Of a stretch of DNA of 64,000 nt, positions 32,030-44,069 are shown piece by piece. The stretch is taken from positions 82,217 through 146,216 of the forward strand of contig MU005963.1 of NCBI GenBank assembly GCA_010093745.1, in the 5' to 3' direction. The notes beneath the pieces were generated by a model. The model was given only the letters and a program-made list of their open reading frames with translations. It was not told where the DNA came from and made no database searches. A program made the position numbers and the translations under genes. The stretch's first letter is position 1, and each line of letters opens with the position of its first letter. Source of the DNA: Piedraia hortae CBS 480.64 (Eukaryota).

Positions 32030-33967
32030 ATGTCAATTCATTTCACCAGGCCTGAGGCCCCCAAGCTGCCTCCCGACCCTCTTCCTCCGGTACTTCCACC
32101 TCCCGTTGGCGATGGATCGTTGCGCGCGCCGTTCAGCATCGATGCGAAGATTTACAATGATGCGCTCCGCTTCGAGGTCCCGTTGATCTTTGTCATCGTG
32201 TACTTGGTTCTGGTTCTGGCATTCAGCTATTACAACAAGAAGCGGGACCATCAGCCGTGGCGCATGTCCCGATGTAAGGCATTTAGTTGGTTCGTGCTTG
32301 CGCATAACCTCATCTTGGCCATCTTCTCAGCGGTTACCTTCTATGCTATGGTAGGCACCATGTCACGCATCTGGCCTGGGTGGGATGATGTAACCCCGGC
32401 GCGCATGGCTGATGCGCTTTGCAAACTCCATGGCCCTCGCGGACTCGGAGATGCGGCGACTTTCAATTCAACTACCAACATTTGGGAGGTCAAGAACACG
32501 GCCATTCGTCTCGCCTATGAAGGGACCCCGGATTCTACCGATGTTGGACGTCTCTGGAACGAAGGTCTGGCCTTTTGGGGTTGGCTGTTTTATCTCAGCA
32601 AGTACTGGGAGGTCCTTGACACTTTGATCATTCTCGCCAAGGGGAAGGAGGTGGACGAATTGCATGGCTTTCACCATGCCGGTGCCATTATGTCCATGTG
32701 GGCCGGAATGCGCTACATGGGCCCACCCATCTGGATATTTACTGTCTTTAATAGTGCCATTCACGCAATAATGGTAAGTTGGTCCAATCTCGTGGTAATT
32801 ACAAGCTGACTTTTGCAGTATGGTTACTACATCTATACCTCTTTGGGCAACAGCGTTCGTCCAGCTCTCAAGCGCACGCTGACGACTCTTCAAATTACTC
32901 AATTTATCATAGGTGCCTCGATTGCTGCTATTCACCTGTTTATCGAATACGACATTCCAGTCTCGACATCGTACCAGATCAAGACGACGATTCGTGAGGC
33001 CATCAAGAGCCTGAGCTCCGAAATCTCCCATATAGCTGCCCCAACAGCTACGGCAGCTGCTAATGCTTTTTTCAAGAAGATGATGCTGAGAGCAGTCGGG
33101 GAGGAGGGTGTAGCTGAACGTATGGCAGAACCCGAAGGGTTCATGGACCCCATTATCAAGCAGGAAATTCAGCAGTTTAATGAGCGTGTCCAGTACGAGA
33201 CGAAATGGCGCAGCGAGTGGCAGAGAGTCAAGTGCATCGGCACCAGCGGCGAGGCCTTTGCCGTTTACCTGAACTTGTTCTACCTCTTGCCACTGACGGC
33301 GCTCTTTGTGTCCTTCTTCTACAGAAGTTACTTCCGTGGTGGCAATAATGCTAAGGATGCCAGCCGCCAAGCCGCAGTGAAGACTCGTCAGGCTATCAAT
33401 CGTGCTGGTGAGAAGACTGAAGAGAAGGTTGCCAAAGGGGGATCTAAACTTGTCGAAAAGTCTGGTCGCGTCTGGGACGAGTTTCAAGAAGACTTGAACA
33501 AGACTAAGGCAGAAATCGACGCAGCCAAAGGCCCAGTGAAGGACAAAGTCAACGCCTTTGAGCGCAAGTCCAGGGAAAGTATTGGTGGAAGTCGCCCCAG
33601 CAGCCCATGGCGTGGTAACAACAGCCAGGGTGACAGCTCAAACAAGGAGAACAGGGCTGTGACTGAGGACGATGCGTCCAAAAGTACAGGGGGGCCAGCT
33701 AAATCAGATAAGACGGACGAGCCTGTTCTGGTTCAGGATAGGAACATTGAAGCCTCCAAGGTTGTACGCTCTTCCGACATGGAGCAGCAGAACCCCGAAC
33801 AGGATGCCAAGACGCAGGATCGTAATCTGGAAAAGTCCCAGAACCTACGCCCCGCTCCCGAGGATGATCCGATGATGAAGTCGGGCTCTATCATCGATCT
33901 TGGTGCGGAAGTCAGTCCGTCTGCCTCGCCCAGCTCAAAGAAGAAGCATAAGAAGAACAAGAAGTAA
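32030..33967 (+). CDS. GNS1/SUR4 (ELO) fatty-acid elongase family protein; intron 32774-32818
   Basis: FYLSKYWEVLDTLI, HxxHH (LHGFHH), NSAIHAIM|YGYY and TTLQITQF motifs; lysine-rich C-terminus. Confidence 0.92.
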
Positions 33968-34216
33968 TGGACAGAGTGTAACAGTATTCCAGTAGTGTAT
34001 TAATGGTTCAATTTCGTTTGTGTCCCAAACTCTTGATAAATAGGACTACTATATAAGGATTAGCAGCTCAATGTGCAGAGCTTGTCGGATAGCTCCCTGC
34101 ATTAGCCCCGTACTAGCAACGGCAGCAAACAAAGAACATCTTCAACTTTTTACCCTCAACTTCATCTCCCACCCCAAAGTCCAGTATTCTAACACAACTC
34201 ACTTACACCAAAATAC

Positions 34217-36423
34217 ATGCGCGTTAAGAAACCTGTGAACACGGACATGGATTTAGACGATAGATCTTGCATCCCCCGTCTCAAGCATACGGTCTCTGAC
34301 CGAAAGAACGTGTCCGTAGTAGACCAACTGCCTCCATCGTCCTCCAAACACTGCAACACACCGGCAGATAAAAACCCAGCCATAAATGGCAGGAATTTTG
34401 GGGAAAAGATACTAGGCATCCCAACAACCCCAGTCTTCAAGAATAAAGATCTCTATGGAAGCGTTCCCTCCCATTACTGGCCAAATTTTTCCCTCCCACC
34501 AAGCTTCGGGGTGGCAAACACACCTAAATACAAACAGGCGTTGAGCGAACACGAACCCCCATCATCGACCGTCCGCCATCCCTTTCCAGTCTTATACAGT
34601 CCACCCGTGAACCCCAAGTCCAACGCCCACAGCACGCAGGCAAACAGCATACCCTACCCCTATCCAGAAATCGATTGGGCGCCGAACCCCCCGTTCCTTC
34701 GTCCAAAGGGCCAGTTCAACCCTTCTTTTTAATCGCACGATGTGCCGCAGACTAAAATACTAGAACTTACCTATCAAAGCACCTCGTCCCACGAGCGTTT
34801 AGACAAACTTCGAGATATGGCGCAGGGACACGTCCCCCCTCCAAGCCAGGGAAAGCGGCCCGCGGGAATCAAGGACATCGGCGATACAATGTACAGGCGC
34901 GTTTGGCATCCCTCTGTGAACTAGTCTCTGAGCTTGAAAGTTCTACAGCGAAGGAGACGGCACGGAATTCGGAAGAACGCTCCCGTGTCGGGAATGAAGA
35001 GGCGAAGATGCTGAACAGATTGAGTTCTGTGAGGGGCTCGGTTAGGGAGCTGGAGGCGAAAAATAGAGCTTTTAAAGCTCTGATGGAAGATTTGGAGTGG
35101 AGGGTTGAGAGGTTGGAGGGTAGGGATAAAGATCTTGAGGGAGAGGTTGGTGAGTTGAAGGAGGGGGAGAAGTTGATGGATCAGATGGTTAAGTTGCTCG
35201 AGAGGAGATTTAATGCTACTACTGCTCGGGAGAAGGTTAGAGGGCTTGAGGAGATGTTCGTTGCTGAGGTGGAGAGAATTGAACATCTTGCTGGGAAAAA
35301 CAAGGCCATGGAGAATGAGACCAGTGCATTGAAGAAGTGCGAAGCTGGTGAGGATAAGACGAAGGCGATGGAAGATGAAATCAAGGTCCTTGAGAAGAAG
35401 ATTGTTGTCGCGGAAGAAAAGGCAAAGGTGGCTGGGGAGAAGGCGAACGCAGTGGATGAGAAGAACGCAAAGGTTATGGAGGAGAAGATGAAGCCTCTGG
35501 CTGACAAGAATAAGACCCTGGAAAACGAGATCATGGTTTTGAAGACATCTAAAGCTGGCGCGGAAAGAGACAGAGGATTGGACGACAGAATTACGGTTCT
35601 TGAAACGCAGAACGCCTTAAACGAGGTCAATGCCGTGAAGTCAACAATCAAAACCTTCCAAAAGATGGTTGCGGCTCTGGAAAAGAAGAATGCAGAACTG
35701 GGCAGCAAACTTCAGTCTGCAACGGATAAGATCGCCAATCTGAAGCAGAGTAACAACACCTCAGAGAAACAAGTCAAGACCGCCGTAGAAAAGGTCAAGG
35801 CTGTAGAGGGGAAGTGTAAAGCTTTGGAGGACATGAAAATGGTCCTAAACACCGACCATACGACCACGAAGAAGTCTAATAATGCCTTGGAGACAAAGAT
35901 AAACGCACTGGAAACCCAGTAAAAGGACATGAAAGAGACAAATGAGCTGCTCATCGCTGACATTCAATATCTGATGGACCGCAACAGCCCTCTGAAGGCT
36001 AAGGTGAAGGCTGTCGAAGCGGACACAACTTCGCTTAAAAGGAAGCAGAAGAAATTAGAAGAAAGAAATAAAACAATTATAGATGACAAGCCAGCGACAA
36101 TGGACCAAGTCGTCTCCTTCGAGACACATGCACATGTGTCGCTAAACGATCAAGTAAAGCAGATCTATGAGAAAATTGACACTGCTCATGCAACTTTCGA
36201 GAAGGCCCTCGCAGCCAGCGTTTTGACGAATGAACAGGGCGGGAAACAAACTGAGAAGAAAATCGACGGACTCGGTGCGAATATAGCCAGTGTCAATGAG
36301 AGAGTGGCCCACGTTGAGGAGGCTATCGAGGATGTGGAAGAGGGGGTATCGACGAACTATGAAGAGGTCGGGAGCTTTGAAGTGGATGACAATGAGGTTC
36401 CCGTAGAAGTGCGGAAGAAGTAG
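34217..36423 (+). pseudogene. Decayed long coiled-coil (tropomyosin-like) orphan gene
   Basis: Pro-rich N-terminus followed by about 500 aa of E/K heptads. In-frame TAA at 34730 and 35920, and a frame change near 34900. Confidence 0.6.
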
Positions 36424-36724
36424 TTGTGCGGTGTAGACAGTCTGTCACGTTTGTAGGTGAGGATATTGGTCAGACTTTCAAAATCCATATTTTGCGGTGC
36501 TGTAAACTCCGCTGGATCCGGTTTGTGTATTCAACTATCGGGGAAACAATCGCTAGAGCCGGGTATGAGCATTTCGAACGAAACGTGCCATCAATATGCC
36601 TTCTGTCCCGGCCTCCGACGTTCAACTGTAAGGAATAACGCATCATGTTGCACTGGTGGGAGGGTCGTGGCAAATTCTTGGGGAAAACTCTTCCAGACAA
36701 TCCGGAGTGTTTTTTTTTCCATTT

Positions 36725-39700
36725 TAATTAAACTTGACATCACGTGATCGCGTGATACCCTTACTAGAACCATTTTCTTGCGGCGGACTGCGATAGAAGA
36801 GTGTAGGAGATCAGGAAGGAGGGATACTGCCCGTTGCCTGCCATGGATAGTGCGGGAACGGGAAGTGGTAGCCCTGGAGGGTCTGACGCATTGAAGACGC
36901 GTCCGGCTAAACGAAGCGGAGGAACACGCGTTGGAGGCGCAGAAGCAGAAAAGATTGGGACAAACAGAGCTCAAATGGTCGGAAAAGATATTGGGAAACT
37001 TGGAATCAATCGCGAAAGCCTCGGTGGGGAGGGCAACGTTGTGGTCTGCGGACAGGCGCAAAATGCCCTCGGTCTCTGCCGAGCCATGATACAGCATGAG
37101 AAAAACACGGTGACAACGAATGTGGCCGTACAAGATAAGTTGGACATTGTCATTTAACGGCCTGAAAAGTTGGAGAAGGGAGCACCGGTAACCCCTCCTA
37201 TTGTCGGCCAAGTGATGTCAGGTAAGCCTCTATGGAGTCAAGTGGCGGGCAAAGGCAAAGCAACTGCCACAGTTGAGGTAAGACTCAACAACCGGGAATG
37301 TGCTGAGAAAATGGTCGAAGAAAAACCCAAGATGATAAGCAATCGATACCGGGTGCCAAGGCCATTACTCCACACCCAATAGCTGAAGGTAAGGTTTCGG
37401 TTGTCGTGGGATCAACTATGCGACGAGACCAGATTCTAACAACGGGCTTTCCTACAACGGAGGATGTGAAGATTATCCGTCGCCCCAAGCTCGTTATGGT
37501 TATAGGCGTGCCTCTGGACACGCGTATCACCAACGGAGGTGGACCGGAAAACGACGAATGGATAAAGGACATCTCAAAGAAGCATGCTGTTAGGATTGAA
37601 CTAGTCTCGTGGCTATACACGGCCAAACAATTGGACCATATCAGGGCACAGAAGAAACAGACAAAATACTCGTTGCTTATGGAGGTGACTTCCGAGCAGG
37701 ACCAACAGCACCTCGTTAAGGAGGGAATGTATCACGGGGCTCTTTGGCTCCCAGTAAAGCTGTGTGATGCGATGACGAGGACTGTCCAGTGCTTTAAGTC
37801 CTGGAAATGAGGCCACACCCAGTCAGTATGCAACGCAAACACCGACACCTGCGACTACTTTGCGGGAGCATATCACATGCGCCAGTGTAAACAAAAAGAC
37901 GAAAGTCACGCGAGATGCACTGGATGCAAGCAGCCCCGTCACTCCGCATGGATGGCACGATCGTGCCCAGCCTATAAAGCATTTTGTGAAAGACGTCAGA
38001 AAATTGAGGAGAGGCTGAATGCATCTACAATTTACATACAACAGAGCCACCATTAGTCTATCCCAATGACATTACCGATTAATGAGATGAGCGATGGACT
38101 TAACTTTGTAGAAGGACCGGGAAAGCGGAATAATCAAGTACCTGGTCGCCCACGGGGTGCGACAAAGGCTACCAGAGACAAAGGACAAACATACTTGAAC
38201 CTTCAGTCCATTCCCTTGCTGATGCCACCGCTACCAGGGCCTTCGGAGAAGCCGTCCAGACAAATGTGCCCTCAGTCGCTGCGCAAGGCCCAACTGACGC
38301 AGACAATACCTCAGAGGATGTTGTCCCGCGGGCAACTCCAGCGACACCGACAGTTGTCCCCAGAAGCGCAGACGTGGACATGACAGCATAAGACTCCAAA
38401 TGTGAGACACAAGGATCCTACAACACAACTGCGGTAACGCCAATAACAGAAGCGCAAGGGACTTGTTCGACGCGCTCCACCCGCAAACTTGTCCCATTCT
38501 TGCCATCCAGGACCCTATGATTGCAGAAAGACACTGGACTTATGTACACCGAAATTATAGATCTTTCCGCCCGATTCGATATGGGATGAAAGCTCTAATC
38601 TTACTACTTGACAAAATACCATTACCTGATTGGACGCAGAAAACTGTAACTGAACACGTTGATCATATCCGGCTAACGACTTCAACAGGGACAATCAACA
38701 TTATCATTGTCTATAGTCCGATCGGACCGAGTTCGCAACCGCGAATTGAAATATGGCAGACACTCGAGGAGATTCTAGACAGTGTTCAGGGACAGAGCAC
38801 ACTGCTCATAGGCAATTTCAACTGCCACCACCCGCATTGGGAAGGAACAGTAACACAACGGGAGCCAGAGTCGGATCACTTGATAGTAGAGCTGAACCGG
38901 CGAGGGATATCATTACTCAATGAGCCCGGAATACCAACCAGGCAAAGGGGTCAGCGATCGAGTACAATTGTCCTGTGGTTCGCGTCCCGAGACATTGTTG
39001 ACCACATCATGCGCTTCCAGCCCTGTCCGGAATGGGCTCCAATGATGGATGACTTCCCGATCGACACCGAACTGGCCTCAGCGGAACTTCGAACGAAATT
39101 GGGAGGCAAACTGAACATCAATAACGCTCCATGGGATAACATCGGGCACGACGTGGTTACAAGTGGTTGGGAGAGGGACGTCCCACAGGAGTTCATGAAA
39201 TCGCTTCTAACGACTATCGGAACCGCTCCAAGGAAACACTGCGCGGTTGCCAAAACATGCGACTGCTGAAGGTCGGAGTGGTCACCTACCGCCACGGCGC
39301 TACGTGATGACGCTCGCCAAGCGCGAAACCGTTTCCGAAGGACGAGATGCGAAACAGATGCGGAGGAATGGAAAAGAAAGTGGAATGCTCTCGACCGCGA
39401 GCTGCGAAAGAACTCTCGTACCAAGTGGAGAAAGACCCTAGCTGAACTCGGAGAAGTCAAAGACATCCACACTTAGAATCTCTGGGCAGTCAGCAAGTGG
39501 ACGTGCAAGGAACTGGGCACAGGAGGTGAAATAGCCGTAATCCCAGAGCTGAGGTCCAACATGGAGCAGCAGCCCACTAACGACGATGGACAGAAGGCTT
39601 AAATACTTGTCGCGAAATTCTTCCCCTCCAGTAGTGCTGCAGACTTTTCTGACACCACTAACGAGGTGTAGCACCAGGCGAGGTGTAGCACCAGGAATTG

Positions 39701-41866
39701 AACATACCGTCTGAAGTCACCGAGGATGATGTGGCCTGAGCCATCAGATCACTGCCTAATGGCAAGACACCCGGACTAGACAACATACCAAACGAAGCGA
39801 TCAAGGCCCTGGTCGAAGAAATCTCGCCGGGGCTGGCGGTCACAATCACAGGTCTCTTAAGGGAAGGGAGGCTGCCAGAGGTACTTAAGGAATCGACCAC
39901 TGTCGTTCTCCGCAAGAGCGATAAACAGGAATACTCGCTCCCAAGTAGTTATCGCCCGATTGCACTGGAAAAAACATTTGGAAAGCTGATCGAGAAAATA
40001 CTTGCCCCCAGGATGATGATGGAAGCCAAAGAGCGCCGTCCCGTCCCGTGGAACCAGATGGGGGCAAGGAAAAAACGCTTGATCCTTTATCGAACTACTG
40101 GCGGATACGATACAGACGGCGTGGGTGGGTGGTCGATGTGGTCCAGTCATTCTTTATTAGCTGACGGACGAAACCTGCCTTCTCCGACTATGGAAGTCGA
40201 TTGTTTCGCACAGAAACAGGCAGACGCCAGGGCTCCTCTCTGTCCCCGTCACTGTTCCTATTTTTCATCTCCGACCTGCTAAAAGTCTTTGACCACGTAC
40301 ATGACGACATCTTTGGCTTTGGCTTCGGCTTTGTAGACGATGCGACCCTGGTAGCATGGCGTAGCTCTGCTAACGACAATTGCAGACTTCTGATGGCGAC
40401 ACACGACATATGTCCCGCGTGGGCCAAATGTTATGGTGCCAAATTCGCGCCGGACAAGTGCCAGATAATGCATTTTCCAAGAAGCGAAGGGTCACAGACG
40501 ACTTCCCGCTCGAAAATTCAAATCCAGGGTCATGATGCGGAGCGAGTAGACTCACTACGAGTACTGGAGGTTTGGCTGGATCCGCGCCTCTCTTGGAAAG
40601 ATCACATCGAAAGAGCGGCGGCCAAGGGCCTGCAGACCTTTGAAGCCATGGCACGCATGACATCCTCCGTGTGGGGACCGTCAGTGCGGAGTTCACGGAT
40701 TTTGTACGCTGCCGTCATAAGGCCCATCATGGCGTACGGTTCGCAGGTCTTGGCTGTCGCGAAAGGTGGCAAACCAATTCCCAAGAGCTCTATAGCACCC
40801 CTGGCGAACGTGCAGACCTAACGCATTGGGAAAATCATGGGCGCTTATAAACGGACGCCTACTGTTGCAATCAAGCGAGAGGCAGATATTGCCCCCATAG
40901 ACCTCTATCTACAGACCTTGGCTATGAAGAAAGCCGTGCAGAGCCGGACCGACGAAGTGACGATGGACATCAAACGGGCCCTTGGCCAGGTCTGGACCGC
41001 GGCCATACACATTGCTGGGAGACGTCGCGGCAGGCGGAGGCACAGCAACCAGTTTCTTCCAAGTACCAATTTGATGGCTGCCCGCTAACCCACGCGGTCA
41101 CTGTGCCTGAGGGTAGACCTGCGCCGGATGGCAACGATGAAAATCAAGTGTTACGCAAAGGAGTTCTTCGACGAGGAATGGGAAAAGAGGTGGGAAAAGA
41201 AAGCGGATGCGGCGCGAAGTACAGCAGACACCTGAAAGACTTCCTGGAAAGTTTGTGCCCTGGACTTTTACAATGGACTGACCAAGCACGAGGCAACCGC
41301 CCTCTGCCTGCTTGGCACGGAAGTCCTGGGGCTTAGCAAGTGGTTGGCCCGGATTGGCGTCCCCGGTGTACATACGGCGTGCACCTACGGGCATCCAAAG
41401 CAGACTTTGGATCATATTCTCGGTTTCTGCCCCAACCTGGCCGAAGCTCGGAGATGGCTGATGGTGACTGCAGGTATTACCCGGCTCCGAAAGGTCCTGT
41501 TTCAAGAGAAACAGAAAATTCAATACGCCGCCAGATGACTTCTACGTACAGAGGTCCTTGAACAGTCTCGGGTGGCCTTGGCGGATGAACGGGAGGACGT
41601 GAGCGGTTGGGAGGCATTCCAATCGCCTTATCGTGCATCATGGTAAGCTTTCCACCAACGGGAGCGCTGAAAAATGTGGCTCAGCCTCCGAGGCAAGCAC
41701 TGAAGAGTAGACGACGAGCGTGGAGGAGGCGAGATTTTACATACCTCCGGCAGCAGCTGGGGGTGGAATCTTGCTCGCGACAGCTAACATTGACAAGGTG
41801 CTCATAGACTCGCAAGGGAACCAGATAGCACTTTAAATTGATTCATTATTATGATTATTATTATTG
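36725..41866 (+). mobile_element. Degenerate, near full-length non-LTR retrotransposon (Tad1-like LINE)
   Basis: ORF1 gag-like with Cys/His knuckles (about 37785-37975). ORF2 has an APE endonuclease (ILQHNC, AIQDP, GNFNCHHPHW), RT (KTPGLDNIPNE, SYRPIALE, QGSSLSP, GFVDD, KFAPDK) and a C-terminal CTYG..QTLDHILGFCP. (ATT)n tail at 41841-41865; candidate TSD TTTTCCATTT at 36715-36724 / 41867-41876. Many stops and frameshifts. Confidence 0.92.
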
Positions 41867-41960
41867 TTTTCCATTTCACGTCTATGAATAAAAATCCGGA
41901 GCGTTCGGTGGAAAAATTCACTCAAACGCTTTCTCTAAACCGAGAATCGCTTACTCTGCG

Positions 41961-42170
41961 CGGAAACAAAATTTCCAACTATAATTACAGCTATAGCGGT
42001 AGAGAACATAGTTCTTAACTGCAAACACGAGTATTTGGGCAGAGAACATTGTTTCTAATCATGGACACAGTTATTCTGAACAGAAAACATATTTCCAACT
42101 ATGAGCACAGTAATTTGGAACAAATAATATAGTTCTAACAATGAACACAGTTCACCAAGCAAAAATATGC
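41961..42170. repeat. Degenerate AT-rich tandem array, about 5 x 40 bp with an internal 20-bp period
   Basis: Units start at about 41961, 42001, 42041, 42082 and 42122 (AGARAACATA.TT.YAAC...RCACAGT.A...). Confidence 0.75.
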
Positions 42171-42240
42171 TATTTTGAGCTAGTGGAATGAAGGTTTTGG
42201 GCTAAAATGCTTTTTAGGCCTCAAGCATGGCTAGTGAAAC

Positions 42241-42520
42241 TGTCAGAGGGATGTGACACCCACCATGACCAGAACCTTAGCTAGAAGTCGAAACTTCTCA
42301 GGGGTTTTACCTCTATAGAGATTTTCCCTTAGACGAGTCATTGTCGCGTTCATGCTTATGTGCATGGTTCGCTGACATTGTCCAATAGTGTGGAGAATAT
42401 TTCGAAACCCACCTCAGATAGATAAAGACATCTACATTCACCATTTAGTCAAAGTTGAGCGCACACATTTGTCGTTGACCTACGTTTCACTTTAGTCCTC
42501 GGAGGTTCACTACTCCGACA
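42241..42520 (-). mobile_element. Solo LTR, family B (280 bp, inverted relative to the 17402 copy)
   Basis: TGTCAGAG...CTCCGACA imperfect terminal inverted repeat, near-TSD GAAAC/GTAAC, and a core shared with 17402-17703. Confidence 0.75.
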
Positions 42521-43052
42521 GTAACTTACGCGAGGGCAGTATATTCGTTTGGACTAGTTGAACAGAGCGGAGTACATCTATGGGCAACTGTGGCTTGCAT
42601 TCTTATGCTTATCAATTATGTCGTGTTGAATGAATGAAGAAGACGGAGCTTAAGTGACTTGAGGTGATCTCACTCGAAGAATCAAAAGCTTGACGGAAGT
42701 GACAGCAACGGCGGGATGGGAAGAACCGATACCAAAAAGGCGTGACATTGAGCTGCTTAGCAGCGTGCTATATACTTGAGGAACTAGAGTGTGGATCACT
42801 GCAAACATGCCCAATAATGGCGCTGATGTGAGTGTGCACAACATGTGTGTGTGCCCAAGCTGTCAAAAGGAGACCATTGGGTATGCAAGGCACTGACCTT
42901 AGGCATTGCAAGTTGGCTCGCCCCAGGAATCATGCGGAACTGCTGATGTAAACATTATTACGCCACGTCAATCACCAAATTTGTATAAATTGCAGGGGCG
43001 GTCCGACCCGTAATGCCTGAAGTTGTTGCCTTGTGGACCCACTTACTAGCCT

Positions 43053-43300
43053 TGTCACGGCACGAGGCTAAGGACGAGGGGTTGGGGTCGAGAGATCGAT
43101 GAGAGACAAGGGTGAAAGGCTCAAAGCAATGGGCTATGGACGAGAGGACTGCGTAGACCCTATGTAGACAGAGAACAACGCATGAAGAAGAGAAGAGAAA
43201 AGTCAGTGCCGCCTGAGTACGTGCTGCAGAGTGGGGCCACTAGACTCGGGCCGTGGACGGACCGGGCCCTTCCGCATGACGTAGGTTCTGAGTTCTGACA
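43053..43300. mobile_element. Solo LTR, family C (248 bp)
   Basis: TGTCA...TGACA termini and perfect TSD AGCCT (43048-43052 / 43301-43305). Confidence 0.82.
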
Positions 43301-43594
43301 AGCCTTAAGTTTCTTAAAAGTTTGAATTGAGAGTACAAGGCGGTGGCATAATGTCGATCCTTGCCGGTGCCTCGGCATGTCGATCGTATGATCGATATTT
43401 TTGTTGCTAATAGATTAGTTGTTTTCTTGTATATAGTTCCGCCCGCCGGCTCGTGCGGGCAGTCGCGTTGTCTTTCTTTCATCGCTGTTTCCTGTCCACA
43501 CCAGTGATAGAGAGGCAGTGGAAGAGATGTGACTAACTGTTATACTTTTTGTACGACTACGAAGGTCTTGTTCTCCCAGAAGATGTCGGCAGAT

Positions 43595-43954
43595 TGTAGA
43601 GATTTAGATCTCGTGGGTGAGAGTGCACAGCGACCCGAAGAGGACGGGGCGATAGACGGATTCAGGGACAGGAAAGATGTAGATGTATGTGAGTCAAAAT
43701 ACCAGTTGCAGTATGGTAGTGCCAATTGACTATTTCAATAAGGGGATGTTCAGAATGAAAATTCTGTACCGGTGGGCCGGTGACGTCACGTCGTACACTA
43801 GCGGGGCGTATTCACCATGTCACATATGACATGACCCTGAGGGAAAACCTCTGTGAGGGAAAAACCTAGGGTGCAGCGGGTAGTGTAGGAGGTATCGCTG
43901 ACTTGCTATGCAAGTGCCCTGCATACGCGCTAGCGGCGATGCTTGAATCCAACA
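43595..43954 (+). mobile_element. Solo LTR, family A (360 bp)
   Basis: TGTAG...CCAACA termini, near-TSD CAGAT/CCGAT, and very high similarity to 13361-13720. Confidence 0.93.
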
Positions 43955-44069
43955 CCGATGAGGGTCGTAGCCGGATCACCGCCTAGCGTAGGAGTCGGCG
44001 CGACCTCCCAGCATCAGTCACCAGATAACATCTTTACAACACTGTACGTCACGCTCGACACTTGTACAC

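Noticed and set aside
36470..36700. Mutator (MULE) transposase fragment suggested by HIDGTFRSKCSYPAL
   Set aside because: One short motif in a 76-aa ORF, with no other DDE residues or terminal inverted repeats.
41961..42170. CRISPR array
   Set aside because: Units are contiguous and degenerate with no unique spacers; the context is eukaryotic and there are no cas genes.
43834..43872. Hammerhead or hairpin ribozyme in the family A LTR
   Set aside because: CTGAGGG/CTGAAGG does not fit CUGANGA, and I could not place the hairpin-ribozyme loop A and loop B consensus in register. Kept only as an unclassified structured motif.
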